From an uncultured archaeon (GTDB lineage: Archaea > Thermoproteota > Nitrososphaeria_A > Caldarchaeales > Wolframiiraptoraceae): a stretch of DNA of 64,000 bases. Shown piece after piece: positions 18,839 through 30,174 of this stretch. The notes under the pieces were generated by a model. The model saw only the letters and a program-made list of their open reading frames with translations, ran no database searches and was not told the DNA's origin. The DNA is taken from assembly GCA_938083505.1 (NCBI GenBank), contig CALKCF010000001.1, positions 32,001-96,000 of the forward strand, in the 5' to 3' direction. A program made the position numbers and the translations under genes. Every line of letters starts with the position of its first letter. Position 1 is the first letter of the stretch.

Positions 18839-20784
18839 GTGCCTGCTGTACGCCCTCAAGTACAAAAAAGAATAAAAGAGCAGATTTTGTTGTCGCACTG
18901 GCGGGTAATGCAAACGTCGGTAAGAGCACACTCTTCAATCAGCTAACGGGATTGCATCAACACGTGGGTAATTGGCCAGGTAAGACTGTCGAAAGACGTG
19001 AGGGGAGCCTAGTAGTCGACGGTTACACAATAGATGTTGTAGATCTACCTGGCATATACTCTTTATCAACCTTCTCGATAGAGGAGCTCATATCACGTGA
19101 GTACATAGTATTCGAAAGACCTGATGTTGTAATAAATGTCGTGGATGCCTCTGTGTTAGAGAGAAATCTGTATTTTACACTCCAACTTCTAGAGTTGCAG
19201 GTACCTATTGTTATTGCTCTAAACATGGTTGACTTAGCCGGAGATAAAGGTCTGAGCATAGACGATAAAAAGCTGAGCGAAGAACTTGGCGTACCTGTCG
19301 TTCCTACAGTTGCGAACAAAGGCATAGGTGTATACGAGTTAATTCGACAGGTTATCAATTTAGCACAACGTAAGATAAAGTTAAGACCCATACGAATTAC
19401 GTACAGTAAGGACGTCGAAGAAAGGTTAGAAAAGTTGACAGAACTTCTTAAGAATGAAGACGTAAGTTACCCACTCCGTTTTGTTGCTATAAAACTCCTC
19501 GAAGGGGATGAAGACATTAAAAGAAGGGTTAGTAAAAATATTGTTGAAGTTGCTGAGAAGTTTGCAAAGGAGATCAAGGAAATAAGAGACATACCAGCCC
19601 CAATCGTAATAACTTCTGAAAGATATGCAATTGTAAGCAAAATCATCAAGAAATCCCAGAAAGTTTTAGCATCTCCTAAAATCAGCTTGATGGAGAAAAT
19701 TGACCAATTACTTACACATAAAGTCCTAGGATATTTGATAATGGTGATAGTTATCTTCTCGTCTTTTTACATTATATTCACTTTAGGTGACTATCTTTCT
19801 ACAATACTTTTGGAAACATTTGATTTGATTAAACCATCAATAGTCGCAATAATAGGTGAGATGATGTGGGAAGGGTTCTTTGGTGGGTTCATAGCCGGCG
19901 TTACACTTTTAATTCCATTTGTTTTTCCATTCTATTTGCTTCTCTCTGTATTAGAAGATACAGGATACCTTCCAAGGATTGCGTTCCTTCTTGATAATGT
20001 CATGCATAAGGTAGGCCTTCATGGAAAAGCCATCATACCACTCATCATGGGTTATGGTTGCAATGTTCCCGCATGTTTTGCGTGCAGAATAATGGAAACT
20101 CAAAGGGAGCGACTCATATCTGCATTTGCAGTTACGTTCATTCCTTGCACTGCGCGACTCGTTGTGATATATGCGTTAGTAGGTGTGTTCGTCGGCATAG
20201 AGTGGGCATATCTGTTACTGTTAATAAACTTTGTAGTCGTTATGGGTATGGCGAGACTGGCTTTCAAGGTGTGTCCAGGAGAGTCTATGGGTCTCATAAT
20301 GGAGGTGCCGCCGTTAAGATTGCCTGCATTAAAAACCGTATTGCTGCAGACATGGGGTAACATTAAGTCAATAATCTACATCGTTTTTCCTGTCTACATT
20401 CTGGGAGGTGGAATATTAGCGACATTGTATTCATTCAACTTTTTACAACCAGTAGAAAGTTTGCTAACACCATTAACTGTAGAATGGTTGGGTTTGCCAT
20501 CATACGCAAGTATTCCATTGCTCTTCGGTGTGGTAAGAAAAGAAATGGTCATAATCATGCCGGCCATAATTTTTGGAACCATGAATTTTACACATCTATT
20601 TACACACATCCAAATGATAACGCTAGCGTTTGTGAGCATGTATTACGTGCCTTGCATCTCTACATTCATGATGTTGAAGAGGGAGTTTGGGTGGAAGACA
20701 GCTTACTACATCACGATTTCCCAGATCGCATTTGCAACGTTCCTCGGAGGTTTATTCTACAGAGCTCTCGAAGTGTTACTTTAA
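18835..20784 (+). CDS. feoB: Ferrous iron transport protein B
   Basis: GNANVGKS, NWPGKTVE, DLPG, NMVD, GYGCNVP, FIPC, YVPC; ATG 18835 overlaps the feoA stop. Confidence 0.96.
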   Translation: MSACCTPSSTKKNKRADFVVALAGNANVGKSTLFNQLTGLHQHVGNWPGKTVERREGSLVVDGYTIDVVDLPGIYSLSTFSIEELISREYIVFERPDVVINVVDASVLERNLYFTLQLLELQVPIVIALNMVDLAGDKGLSIDDKKLSEELGVPVVPTVANKGIGVYELIRQVINLAQRKIKLRPIRITYSKDVEERLEKLTELLKNEDVSYPLRFVAIKLLEGDEDIKRRVSKNIVEVAEKFAKEIKEIRDIPAPIVITSERYAIVSKIIKKSQKVLASPKISLMEKIDQLLTHKVLGYLIMVIVIFSSFYIIFTLGDYLSTILLETFDLIKPSIVAIIGEMMWEGFFGGFIAGVTLLIPFVFPFYLLLSVLEDTGYLPRIAFLLDNVMHKVGLHGKAIIPLIMGYGCNVPACFACRIMETQRERLISAFAVTFIPCTARLVVIYALVGVFVGIEWAYLLLLINFVVVMGMARLAFKVCPGESMGLIMEVPPLRLPALKTVLLQTWGNIKSIIYIVFPVYILGGGILATLYSFNFLQPVESLLTPLTVEWLGLPSYASIPLLFGVVRKEMVIIMPAIIFGTMNFTHLFTHIQMITLAFVSMYYVPCISTFMMLKREFGWKTAYYITISQIAFATFLGGLFYRALEVLL

Positions 20785-21917
20785 CCTATAACTAACTTTT
20801 CAGGTATCAGTTTCCCTTCCTTGAACCTAGTAGGTAGGAACGGTCTCATGAGCTCGTCTATTTCTCCGTACAATATGTTCTTAGCCAACAGCTTACCGAT
20901 TAGAGGCCCCATCATGAAGCCATGACCACTATCACCGTAGCTCACGTAAAGCCCTTCCGGCCACTCAGGGTCCCTTCCCATTATATGGCTTGAATCTGCA
21001 GACATGGAGTAATACCCGCTCCAGCATCTCATGATTCTGGCTCCTCTTAACGCAGGGAACCTCTTGTATACGGCTTTTGCCCACTTTACCAAGAACTCAA
21101 GTGTGTTCTCCAACGGCAGGAGTCCACTCTTTGCTGGAATCTCTATACTTCCGAGTATCTCACCTTTAAGTGCTTGACCAATATACGCTGAAGTTCCGAA
21201 GTCTATGATCAGAGGTTTAATAAAGTATTTGTAAGACTCCGTTAGGGCAATCTCCTTCCTTTCGGGTTCCGTTGGTAACTCAATTCCCAAACCTATCAGG
21301 AGCTCATCAGTCCAAGCACCTGCAGTCAACAAAACGACATCAGCTTCTATATTGCCTTGAGGTAGTTCAACGCCTATAACTTTGTTGTTTTCTACGAGTA
21401 CCCTTTTAACGGGAGACTTCTCGAAGAGCCTGGCACCAAGCTTAGTTGCTGCTTTGTAGTAACCGAACGCTACGTAACTGTGAAAACAGCTTCCGTTCTG
21501 CGGACCAAAGAAGCCTTCAACAACGTCATCCGTGTATATATACGGATACCTTTCTTTAATTTCTGATGATGAGAGAAACTTTCCAGCTATCCCAAGCCGC
21601 TCCCACATTTTGTTCTTTTCACGGAATGCTTTAACTTGCTCCTCACTAAACAGCAACCAAAGATAGCCACCTGTTGTCACTATAATATTCCAGCCAGTAA
21701 TCGATGATAGTTTGAGCATAATTTTCTTTGCTTCTAAAGCAAACCTAGAATTTTCCTCGGTCCAGAAATGAACCCTGAACCTGCTGGCAGACCTTACCGT
21801 TGAACCATATGATAGATACTCCTTTTCTAAGATGATTATATTCTTTGCTCCAAGCTTTGCTAAGTTATATGCTGAAGAGAGTCCCATAACTCCTGAACCA
21901 ACTATCACGATTCTCAT
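20781..21917 (-). CDS. FAD-dependent oxidoreductase, proline dehydrogenase/sarcosine oxidase beta-like (DAO family)
   Basis: GSGVMG, GSTVRSA, AGAW, WSGYY, SGHGFMMGP. Confidence 0.88.
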   Translation of the reverse strand: MRIVIVGSGVMGLSSAYNLAKLGAKNIIILEKEYLSYGSTVRSASRFRVHFWTEENSRFALEAKKIMLKLSSITGWNIIVTTGGYLWLLFSEEQVKAFREKNKMWERLGIAGKFLSSSEIKERYPYIYTDDVVEGFFGPQNGSCFHSYVAFGYYKAATKLGARLFEKSPVKRVLVENNKVIGVELPQGNIEADVVLLTAGAWTDELLIGLGIELPTEPERKEIALTESYKYFIKPLIIDFGTSAYIGQALKGEILGSIEIPAKSGLLPLENTLEFLVKWAKAVYKRFPALRGARIMRCWSGYYSMSADSSHIMGRDPEWPEGLYVSYGDSGHGFMMGPLIGKLLAKNILYGEIDELMRPFLPTRFKEGKLIPEKLVIG

Positions 21918-23710
21918 GTTTTATTCATCTCCATAGCAGCCAGCAAGTTAATGGGCATAGATATGGTAAGCGGTCTTTGTCTAGCTATACCTACTGCGTT
22001 AGGACTTAAGCCTGCGACATATGCTATGTATAACGCAGAATTAACAAGGCATAGCCTGCCCTGACAGCTAGCCGTGCCGATTCCAGTACTACGCTTCACC
22101 TTCTCAAGACATGTGAAGCCGTAGACGGATATAGAGCGGTGCAGGTCCCACAGCCTGATGTCTTCACAGAAACAAACGAATGCATCTCTTCTCGGTCCTG
22201 AGCAGAATAACGTGGGCAGCTCGGTTATCTTCTCATCTGGAATAAGGGCCGTTTCAAAAGACCTGAATACCTTCTCTTTGGGGTCGCTTATGCCAAACTT
22301 TTGGAGCAATGATCTGTATTCTTTCACGAGCGCCTCACGTTCAGCTTCGGCACTAGTTTTATTTAACATAACAGCGGCGGAGAGTCCTGCGATTCTTCCT
22401 TCGATTATGTGAAGTATTCCATAGGGTGAGCCGGAAGCACCACCCGCCACGAAAAGACCATCCTTTGAAGTTCTCATGAAAAAATCATGAAGTGGTAGAA
22501 AGCCAAGCTCTTTGACGTATGCTATTTTTGCACCAGCTTGGGCAGAAATCCTTATGTCAGGGTTCGTAGAAGCTGCGCAAATTACGCAATCAACGTTTAA
22601 CCTAAACTCCTCACCCTCACATTTTACCTTAAGAAGTTTAACCATCTCTTTTCCTATTGCAACAATCTCTTTCACTCCATGTATGACGTCACCTTTACCG
22701 GTATTGCCACACGATTTGTCAAGTACGACCGTATTGACGTCATTTTTTTTCAGATTTTCTGCTAACCTTAATCCACGTTCTGTGGCTCCCAATATGGCAA
22801 CATTCTTTCCTGGAATAACGCCGTGCATATTTAACATCATGAGAGCGGATGAAGCGTCTATTATTCCTGGCAAGTCGTTATTGGCGAATATGCATGGCAA
22901 ATCTACGGTGCCCGTAGCAACAATATACGCTTTAGCTGAGATTATATAAGGTGTTCCAACATTGAGCGGATAAGGTGAAAATGCAAGCGCTGCATCTTCA
23001 AAGAAGCCAACAAATGTAGTTTTCGATAAGACCCTCACACCAAGTTCAAGTGCTTTTCTCCTCAGGTTTTTTACGAATACGTGACCAGGTTCTGATATTC
23101 CAGGCGGTTCAAACTTGTCGTATAACATCTCCCCGCCGAGCTCAACACCATCATCTATTTGGAGAACCTTAAGATCGTACTTTCTGGCCTCGATGGCTGC
23201 TGAAAGTCCAGCTGAGCCACCACCGATTATCACTAAATCAGCATTTTCTACAATCGTGGAAACACTATGCGAAATTTCATATTTAGCTGGTTCTGGATTA
23301 TTGATGCTATTTGCAATGAACTTAAGAGCTATAGGCCAAATTAACCTATTCTTCACGAGAGGTTTATGTAGCAGACTCGTGTCTACCATGGATTCGAAAA
23401 CACGCATTAATAACGGTCTTTTTTGTTGGGTACGAACCTTAAGCCCATCCGTTAGATAAATTTCGGACGGGTTCATGGCGGGTATGCCGTTTATGCTGAC
23501 CATTACCGTTCTAGCTTGTGGATGTAAACTGAAGAATCCACGAGGTCTGTAGAGCTTTTTGCTCCTACCAAGAAATTTTATACCGTTAGCGTATAACGCT
23601 ACGCTTATGGATTCCGACGTAAAGCCACTTATAGTCGCGCCATTAACGTCGATAGAAACAACGTTACCTTGGCTATCTGCCGTCAAATCCTTAGCACGTA
23701 AAGCACCCAT
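21914..23710 (-). CDS. Proline dehydrogenase/sarcosine oxidase alpha-like subunit
   Basis: RPRG N-domain lacking Fe-S cysteines, GGGSAGLSAA, ATG, NNDLPGI, C-terminal CFCED...CQGRLC. Confidence 0.85.
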   Translation of the reverse strand: MGALRAKDLTADSQGNVVSIDVNGATISGFTSESISVALYANGIKFLGRSKKLYRPRGFFSLHPQARTVMVSINGIPAMNPSEIYLTDGLKVRTQQKRPLLMRVFESMVDTSLLHKPLVKNRLIWPIALKFIANSINNPEPAKYEISHSVSTIVENADLVIIGGGSAGLSAAIEARKYDLKVLQIDDGVELGGEMLYDKFEPPGISEPGHVFVKNLRRKALELGVRVLSKTTFVGFFEDAALAFSPYPLNVGTPYIISAKAYIVATGTVDLPCIFANNDLPGIIDASSALMMLNMHGVIPGKNVAILGATERGLRLAENLKKNDVNTVVLDKSCGNTGKGDVIHGVKEIVAIGKEMVKLLKVKCEGEEFRLNVDCVICAASTNPDIRISAQAGAKIAYVKELGFLPLHDFFMRTSKDGLFVAGGASGSPYGILHIIEGRIAGLSAAVMLNKTSAEAEREALVKEYRSLLQKFGISDPKEKVFRSFETALIPDEKITELPTLFCSGPRRDAFVCFCEDIRLWDLHRSISVYGFTCLEKVKRSTGIGTASCQGRLCLVNSALYIAYVAGLSPNAVGIARQRPLTISMPINLLAAMEMNKT

Positions 23711-23760
23711 GTCTCTAAATTTATAGGGATCAATTTAAAAACTTTTTAAAACATTATAAA

Positions 23761-24684
23761 TTGAAGAACTGTGCTAAGACTTGGTGGTATTCGTTGGGAG
23801 GGCCATGGTCCGCTCTAGTCAATTATTGGCAAGTTACAAAACCACGTACATGGTTCCTTCTAACATTCACCGGATTTTGTAGCGCCATAGTTGGTTTCGG
23901 AGTTTCTGGAAAAAACATAGATTGGTATGTCGTCATGCTGACAACTTTAGCCATTATCTTAGGTTCAGCAGGAGCTAATGCGATCACATGTTATATAGAT
24001 AGAGATATTGATGCTGTAATGGATAGGACTAGAATGAGACCCTTACCCTCTGGTAAGATAAAGCCAGCTGAAAAAGCACTTTACTTTGGTCTCATACTCT
24101 CAACGATAGCCATCGCGATATCCATTATGCTTAATCTCATATGCTTTGGTCTGATGCTCTTCGGATTAATAGACAACATCTTAGTTTATAACAAATGGTT
24201 AAAGCGCCGAAACCCCATTAATATAATAGCTGGCAGCTTTTCTGGTGGTGCGCCAGCTATGATAGGTTACTCAGCGGCTACAACCGAAAATCTCACTTTC
24301 GGCTTAATACTTGCAGCAATTGTCGTTCTTTGGGTACCTACACATATCTGGAGTCTTGCACTCAAATATAAGGAGGATTATATGAAAGTAAAAGTTCCTA
24401 TGTTACCAGTAGTCGTGCCTGAAAAAGTTGCTATAAGGTGTATAGCATCTACCAGCGTCTTGATGGTGGCGTTCAGCTTTTTGCCGGTCCTTATGAGCGT
24501 TTTTCAAATGATATACGCGATGATAGCATCCATTTTCGGTGCAGTAATTTTAATTCTTAACTCCTTGCTTGTCATCAGGCCGGATGCTAGGAAAGCGTGG
24601 TTTGTATTTAAGATGTCAAGTCCTTACTTAGCTGCCTTATTCACGGCTATGGTCCTTGATGTTTTCTTCCTAACTCACCTATAG
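23761..24684 (+). CDS. cyoE: Heme O synthase (protoheme IX farnesyltransferase)
   Basis: TKPR, DRDIDAVMDRTRMRPLPSG, LKRR, WVPTHIWSLA, DY..VKVPMLPV; true start may be a little downstream. Confidence 0.93.
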   Translation: MKNCAKTWWYSLGGPWSALVNYWQVTKPRTWFLLTFTGFCSAIVGFGVSGKNIDWYVVMLTTLAIILGSAGANAITCYIDRDIDAVMDRTRMRPLPSGKIKPAEKALYFGLILSTIAIAISIMLNLICFGLMLFGLIDNILVYNKWLKRRNPINIIAGSFSGGAPAMIGYSAATTENLTFGLILAAIVVLWVPTHIWSLALKYKEDYMKVKVPMLPVVVPEKVAIRCIASTSVLMVAFSFLPVLMSVFQMIYAMIASIFGAVILILNSLLVIRPDARKAWFVFKMSSPYLAALFTAMVLDVFFLTHL

Positions 24685-25343
24685 TTTATTGTCCTATCTG
24701 GTTTAATCGCTGAGAGAACATATTCAACAAACTGCATCTCCGGTAAGGCTCCCTCAAAAGAAACAACATCGTTTATTATGGTCTTAGGAACTGCTATAAC
24801 GTCGTATTTATTCGCAAGTTGAGGAAATTCTATAGCCTCTATCATATCAGCCCTAATGAGCTCGTTCTCGATCGCCAACTGATGCGCAACCCTTACAGCT
24901 CTAGGACAATATGGACAGGTTGGTGTTACGAATACCTGAATATGTACAGGCTCCTTTACGTTTTTAATTTTTTCTTTTACTATAGGTTGGAGTTTTGTCG
25001 TTCCCCTTGACGCATCTATTATAGTGTCGATGAAAGCTGGAAATTCATAACCCGTCGGTAAACCAAAGAACCTTATGCCGTACTCACGGATGCCAAATAC
25101 TGCTGTTGCCGGTATTTTATCTATGCCCCACCTTTGCGCTTTCTCGTAATCCTTTTCGAAATCGAATACTTCGAGCTTTATCTTATCTGAAAGCGACGCT
25201 AGGTCTTCCATCAATTCTCTATTTGTTGCACAATACTCACACTCAAAATCCTGCGTAAATACAATGAGCCTAACATCGTTTTCCATATTTCTATTAAGCT
25301 TTTCTGCAATAAGCTTTTTCTCCCTTTCTTTCAAGATGGGCAT
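24675..25343 (-). CDS. Protein disulfide oxidoreductase (two thioredoxin folds)
   Basis: CEYC and CPYC active sites; GLPTGYEF, VPKT, FEGA. Confidence 0.93.
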   Translation of the reverse strand: MPILKEREKKLIAEKLNRNMENDVRLIVFTQDFECEYCATNRELMEDLASLSDKIKLEVFDFEKDYEKAQRWGIDKIPATAVFGIREYGIRFFGLPTGYEFPAFIDTIIDASRGTTKLQPIVKEKIKNVKEPVHIQVFVTPTCPYCPRAVRVAHQLAIENELIRADMIEAIEFPQLANKYDVIAVPKTIINDVVSFEGALPEMQFVEYVLSAIKPDRTINYR

Positions 25344-25375
25344 TAATCAAATATTTACGAGTCAAATTTATAAAT

Positions 25376-25798
25376 CTAACGGTTATCATCTATAGCCTCA
25401 TTAGCAAGCTCGTCGGCCAGCTTGTTCAACTCTCTGGAGATGTGAAAGTACTCGACATTAAGTAATCTTTCCAGCTCTTTAACCTCGGAGTAAAGCTTGC
25501 CAAGCCTTGCCTCTTTAACAGAGAATTCACCCCTAAGCTGCTTCACTATCAGCTCACTATCGGAGAAAACCTTTACTTTTTTTACATTAAACTCTATAGC
25601 TAACTTTAGTCCTTCTAGGAGTGCTAAATATTCGACCTCATTGTTTGTTTTGTTGCCAACAAACTTCTTGAAACAAATCGTCTTAGAATTGAACTTGAGA
25701 ACAATGCCGATACCAGCGGGTCCAGGATTACCTCTAGATGCACCGTCAACGTATATCTCGACCTCGGCAAGCCCTTGAGTGCTGCGATTTGATTGCAA
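25376..25798 (-). CDS. rnhA: Ribonuclease HI
   Basis: DGASRGNPG, TNNEVEY, DSELIV, RELNKLADELAN. Confidence 0.93.
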   Translation of the reverse strand: MQSNRSTQGLAEVEIYVDGASRGNPGPAGIGIVLKFNSKTICFKKFVGNKTNNEVEYLALLEGLKLAIEFNVKKVKVFSDSELIVKQLRGEFSVKEARLGKLYSEVKELERLLNVEYFHISRELNKLADELANEAIDDNR

Positions 25799-25817
25799 GT
25801 AATTTTTACCCTAAAGT

Positions 25818-28193
25818 TCAGTTTTTAGATTTTGTAAGTTCGTTGAGTTTTTCTAAAATTATTTTCTGTTCTATGCTGGCGACGAGCTGCTTCGTTTTGA
25901 TCACAACGTCTGGGTTGACGCTTATTGAATCGATACCACATCTAACTAGGAATTCTGTGAATTCTGGATAAACGCTGGGTGCCTGTCCGCAAATCGAAAC
26001 GGTAACACCATTTTCGTGCGCAACTTTTATCAGATTTTCTATTGCCCTCAGTACAGCCGGGTCTCTTTCGTCAAAATATCTGGCGTCTATGCTGGGCAAT
26101 ATGGCAGAATCTCTGTCGGTCGCCAAGATGAACTGAGTGAGGTCGTTAGAACCTATGCTGAAACCATCGCATAACTTGCTAAACTCATCCGCCATGAGTA
26201 TCGTGCTTGGAACTTCTGCCATCAGCCATACTTTAAAGTCCCTGCCTCTCTCAAGCCCTTCCTCTTTCATTATTTCTAAGACTCTTTCTATTTCCCATAT
26301 GGTCCTCGCCATCGGTATCATGACCCAAACATTCTTCAGACCCCACTCATCTCTAACCTTTTTGATAGCCTTACATTCAAGTCTAAATGCCTTTTCGTAC
26401 CCTTTGCTTATATACCTCGCTGCCCCTCTCCATCCCATCATCGGGTTCGCTTCTTCAACCTCATACTTCTCTCCGCCCTTTAATTCTCTATACTCATTCG
26501 TCTTGAAGTCTGAAAACCTGACCACGACTGGTCTGGGTTGTATCGCCCTAGCAACTTTTGCAACCCCCTCAGCTAGCTTATCCACGAACTTTTCAGGCTG
26601 ACCTATCTCAATGAGATAATTTGGGTGCTCGCCTATGTATGAGGCCAGTATGAACTCTATGCGCATTAAACCTATACCATCAAAGGGCAGATCTGCATAC
26701 TCATCTATCTTTTCTGGAACACCAAGGTTCATCATGATCTTCGTAGCTGTAACTGGCACATTAATTAAAGAGACTGGGGCACCAGAAGGTACGCCTGCGG
26801 GAGTCGGTGGTTTTGCCATTAACTCCTCTACAGCACCTTCGTATACTACGCCCGATTTAGCATCTACTGTGTAAATCTGTCCATCTTTCATAGTCTCGAT
26901 GGCATCACCAGTGCCTACTATACAAGGTATGCCCAACTCTCTTGAAACTATAGCTGCATGACATGTCATTCCGCCTTCTGAGGTCACTATTGCTGATGCT
27001 ATCCGCATTGCAGGTACCCAATCGGGCGACGTCATTCGTGTGACTAATATGTCGCCCTTTCTCATCTGCCCTATGTTCTTTATGTCTAAGATCACCCTGG
27101 CAGTCCCAATAGCAATGCCAGGGCTTGCTGGCAATCCTTTCGTGACAACTTTTCTAGCAACCGTTACGGTTCCAGATTTTACAGGAATTTCTGCAGCTGC
27201 TTTCTGGGACCATACAGTCTCAGGTCTAGACTGAACTATGAAAACATTGTATGGGAAAGGTACATCCATATCTATGCTCCATTCTATGTCCTGTGGTGTG
27301 CCATAATGTTCTTCGATGCGGATAGCGAGTTCTGCGAGCCTATATATCTCTTCATCAGTTAAGCATGGCACATTCTGCTTCGAAAGTGGGACCCCATGCT
27401 TCTCCGTACCACCTTTTGGGCTGTAAATAATCTCGATAGTTTTCCTCGCAACCTTCTTTTCAATTATCTTTAATGTTTTTTTGTCAACAATATATACATC
27501 TGGTGTTGCTTCACCGCTTACTACAGACTCGCCAAGTCCCCAGTTGGCTTCTATTAGTATCTTTGATGTATCACCTGTAATTGGGTGTAGTGTGAACATT
27601 ACGCCAGAGGCTTTTGCATTAACCATCTTCTGAACTACTACACATAAGTACACACTCATATGATCGAATCCTTTCTCATGTCTGTAAAATGTTGCCCTTG
27701 ACGTGAACAAGCTTGCCCAACATTTCTTAACACTTTCCAACAGTTGCTTTTCACCCCTAACGTTTAGGTAAGTTTCTTGCTGTCCAGCGAAGCTGGCCGA
27801 TGTCAAATCTTCAGCAGTTGCACTCGATCTGACGGCTACAGGAGGGTCTATCATACCTACTTTCTCAGCCAACTTCCTGTACGCCGCTATTATCTCTACC
27901 TCTAACTCTTTGGGAATTTCTTGCTTTAATATGAGTCCCCTTATTTCTCTGGTTTTCTCTTCTATCGACTCAGGATTTGAGTAATTTATTTCACTCAATA
28001 TATTATGTATTTGTTCAACAATACCAGCCTTCTCTATAAAATACTTGTATGCATATGCTGTTATTGTAAAACCGGGAGGTACAGGTATGCCAAGTCTTAA
28101 CATTTCGCCTAAGTTCGCACCCTTACCCCCAACTAGGGGTACATCCTCCTTTGTTATTGACTCCAGTTCAAGTATGAACGTGTTCTCTTTCAT
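25818..28193 (-). CDS. ppsA: Phosphoenolpyruvate synthase
   Basis: [53 protein letters not shown]. Confidence 0.97.
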   Translation of the reverse strand: MKENTFILELESITKEDVPLVGGKGANLGEMLRLGIPVPPGFTITAYAYKYFIEKAGIVEQIHNILSEINYSNPESIEEKTREIRGLILKQEIPKELEVEIIAAYRKLAEKVGMIDPPVAVRSSATAEDLTSASFAGQQETYLNVRGEKQLLESVKKCWASLFTSRATFYRHEKGFDHMSVYLCVVVQKMVNAKASGVMFTLHPITGDTSKILIEANWGLGESVVSGEATPDVYIVDKKTLKIIEKKVARKTIEIIYSPKGGTEKHGVPLSKQNVPCLTDEEIYRLAELAIRIEEHYGTPQDIEWSIDMDVPFPYNVFIVQSRPETVWSQKAAAEIPVKSGTVTVARKVVTKGLPASPGIAIGTARVILDIKNIGQMRKGDILVTRMTSPDWVPAMRIASAIVTSEGGMTCHAAIVSRELGIPCIVGTGDAIETMKDGQIYTVDAKSGVVYEGAVEELMAKPPTPAGVPSGAPVSLINVPVTATKIMMNLGVPEKIDEYADLPFDGIGLMRIEFILASYIGEHPNYLIEIGQPEKFVDKLAEGVAKVARAIQPRPVVVRFSDFKTNEYRELKGGEKYEVEEANPMMGWRGAARYISKGYEKAFRLECKAIKKVRDEWGLKNVWVMIPMARTIWEIERVLEIMKEEGLERGRDFKVWLMAEVPSTILMADEFSKLCDGFSIGSNDLTQFILATDRDSAILPSIDARYFDERDPAVLRAIENLIKVAHENGVTVSICGQAPSVYPEFTEFLVRCGIDSISVNPDVVIKTKQLVASIEQKIILEKLNELTKSKN

Positions 28194-28254
28194 TTCTCTT
28201 ACCTCATTAATCTTATTAAGGAATTATATTCCTTGTTAATTTTTAAGCGTTTAG

Positions 28255-28767
28255 CTAGGAGGATGTCTTTAGCTCTACTAATTTGCTAATAGTTACCTTA
28301 TAACTCTTAGGAAGCTTTTTTGACGCCAGCTCAAGGGCTTCCTTAGCCACATTAACGCCGTTTTCATACACAAGAACCCTGAAGACAGGCTTTCCAGGTT
28401 CCAGCCTTGCAGCCCTTCCTATGGGCTTTCCGAATGCCCTTCTCATACCTTCCTGTAGCCTATCGGCATGCGCCCCAAAGATCATCTTGTTTTCCCTTAA
28501 AATGATGTGTGGGTGGGTCTTGAGTTCTAGGAAATAATTTTCACCTAATTTGCTACTAAGCATCTTTCCTATGGACACTCTGGCCGACTCTAGCGCTACA
28601 TCCCTAACCTGAAGCTCTTCCAACGCTATAAGCTCAAGTTCGTGTGTATAGTCTTCTCTGTAAGTTCCCATCGTGTACTTACTTATTCTTGGCTCAGGTG
28701 CACCATGGATATATTCCCCTCTTGTATAGGGCATACCTTCTGTCCTGCGGTAGTTCCTAGCCTTCAT
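28255..28767 (-). CDS. rpl10e: 50S ribosomal protein uL16 (L10e)
   Basis: YTRGEY, ALESAR, RENKM, ADRLQEGMRRAFGKP. Confidence 0.96.
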   Translation of the reverse strand: MKARNYRRTEGMPYTRGEYIHGAPEPRISKYTMGTYREDYTHELELIALEELQVRDVALESARVSIGKMLSSKLGENYFLELKTHPHIILRENKMIFGAHADRLQEGMRRAFGKPIGRAARLEPGKPVFRVLVYENGVNVAKEALELASKKLPKSYKVTISKLVELKTSS

Positions 28768-28857
28768 CTATCTACCCTCTTTGCTTATATTACAAGAATC
28801 AGCCGCTAATTAATCTTTATCAAGGTTTGTTTTTAATAAATTTGACCTTCTATAACA

Positions 28858-29475
28858 TCATTCCCTTCTGAGGAATCTTTCTGATGCAATACTAGACGGT
28901 TCTCGAACCAGCAAGAAATAACCGCCGCCTCGGCCGGTCAACTCATCCATTATCCTTTTAGTAATCGCCTTTGCAGGATCTGAGAGCCCGCCCCTTTCAT
29001 GCAAATCTTTAAAGGATTCGAAAGGTTTCTTTTCCCTTTCTTCCAGAATTTTTTGCATAGATTTTTTACCAATGCCAGGAATCAGTTCAAGCGCATGGAG
29101 TCTTGGTGACACGGGTGTGCATGTATTAAAGAACTCTACAAACCTTTGCTCATTTGCCTGAACTATCTTTTGGATAACATCCTCCAATTCAAGTTTAGCA
29201 TTCTCAGTAAGCTCATCATAATTTATACGTCTGAGTATTCTTAAGATGTTTCTCGGAACATCTTTACCTATATAGAGCCTTATGCCTACGCGCGGTCTAT
29301 AATTCTCGTTTATCGCAGCCTCCAGGAGAGTAAAGTATTCTTCACCTAACAATTGGATAAGCAATTCATCCTTATGTATATTTACATGAGAAGTTGAGCT
29401 CCTGAGCAGTGTCGCATCGACTACATCCAATACATAAGCATAATCCTCATATTTCTTCTGCTTTTGCAGATGCAA
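28858..29475 (-). CDS. DUF655 putative RNA-binding protein
   Basis: YAYVLD, GEEYFTLLE, RLHALELIPGIGKK; conserved rpo4 neighbour. Confidence 0.9.
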   Translation of the reverse strand: MHLQKQKKYEDYAYVLDVVDATLLRSSTSHVNIHKDELLIQLLGEEYFTLLEAAINENYRPRVGIRLYIGKDVPRNILRILRRINYDELTENAKLELEDVIQKIVQANEQRFVEFFNTCTPVSPRLHALELIPGIGKKSMQKILEEREKKPFESFKDLHERGGLSDPAKAITKRIMDELTGRGGGYFLLVREPSSIASERFLRRE

Positions 29476-29514
29476 TCCCCCTTTTGACGTCCTGCCTTAC
29501 ACGTTCAAAATTCG

Positions 29515-29877
29515 TTATTTGCTTGCCTCTAAAGCTTGCTCAACAAGGTTCAATATACCGCGCATCTTTTCTTCAGAGAATAATAAAAACGATACTAGGC
29601 GACGGTAACCACTCAGGATTGTTCTAAGTTCATCGAGAGTCTCAGGACATATGTCAGCAACTTGGACCGCCTCCTCCCTTTCTAGTCCGTATTCGTTCAT
29701 AAGCTTAGTGATAAGCAACTCAGCCTGCTCAGGAGTTAATTTTGAGTACTTTTTTGTATAATTCAACGTTTTTAGCTGAAATGGGTTTAAGTATTGTTCC
29801 CTTTCTTCCAAGAGCTTCTTGACCTCAGCTATGGGTATAGGTTTAGAACTCAATATCTTCCTTGGCAACTCAGCCAC
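29515..29877 (-). CDS. rpo4: RNA polymerase subunit Rpo4 (F)
   Basis: TLNYTKKYSK, ADICPETLDELR; lies between rpl21e and DUF655. Confidence 0.9.
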   Translation of the reverse strand: MAELPRKILSSKPIPIAEVKKLLEEREQYLNPFQLKTLNYTKKYSKLTPEQAELLITKLMNEYGLEREEAVQVADICPETLDELRTILSGYRRLVSFLLFSEEKMRGILNLVEQALEASK

Positions 29878-30166
29878 CTTCCCAAGGTCTGAGATGGTCT
29901 GGCAATATCGTTAGCTTCTTCAACTTATCTCCTAACATTAGAGAGACTTCGTATGCATTACCCTTCTTAGATAGTATTGTGCCTATTTTACCATAAAATC
30001 TTTTATGCGGCATCCCCTTCTGAACTGCCGGGTCAACTACTATTAACACTTTATCACCCGGATTATACTCTCTGATGTATATATCCGGTCTTGGACCACT
30101 TCGCAAGCCATACTTCTTCCTAAGTAGTTGCCTAGTTCTCACCCTGTAACCATGCGAGTTGGGCAT
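29870..30166 (-). CDS. rpl21e: 50S ribosomal protein L21e
   Basis: SHGYRVRTR, KGMPHKRFYGKIG, PDHLR. Confidence 0.95.
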   Translation of the reverse strand: MPNSHGYRVRTRQLLRKKYGLRSGPRPDIYIREYNPGDKVLIVVDPAVQKGMPHKRFYGKIGTILSKKGNAYEVSLMLGDKLKKLTILPDHLRPWEGG

Positions 30167-30174
30167 ACCAGCCT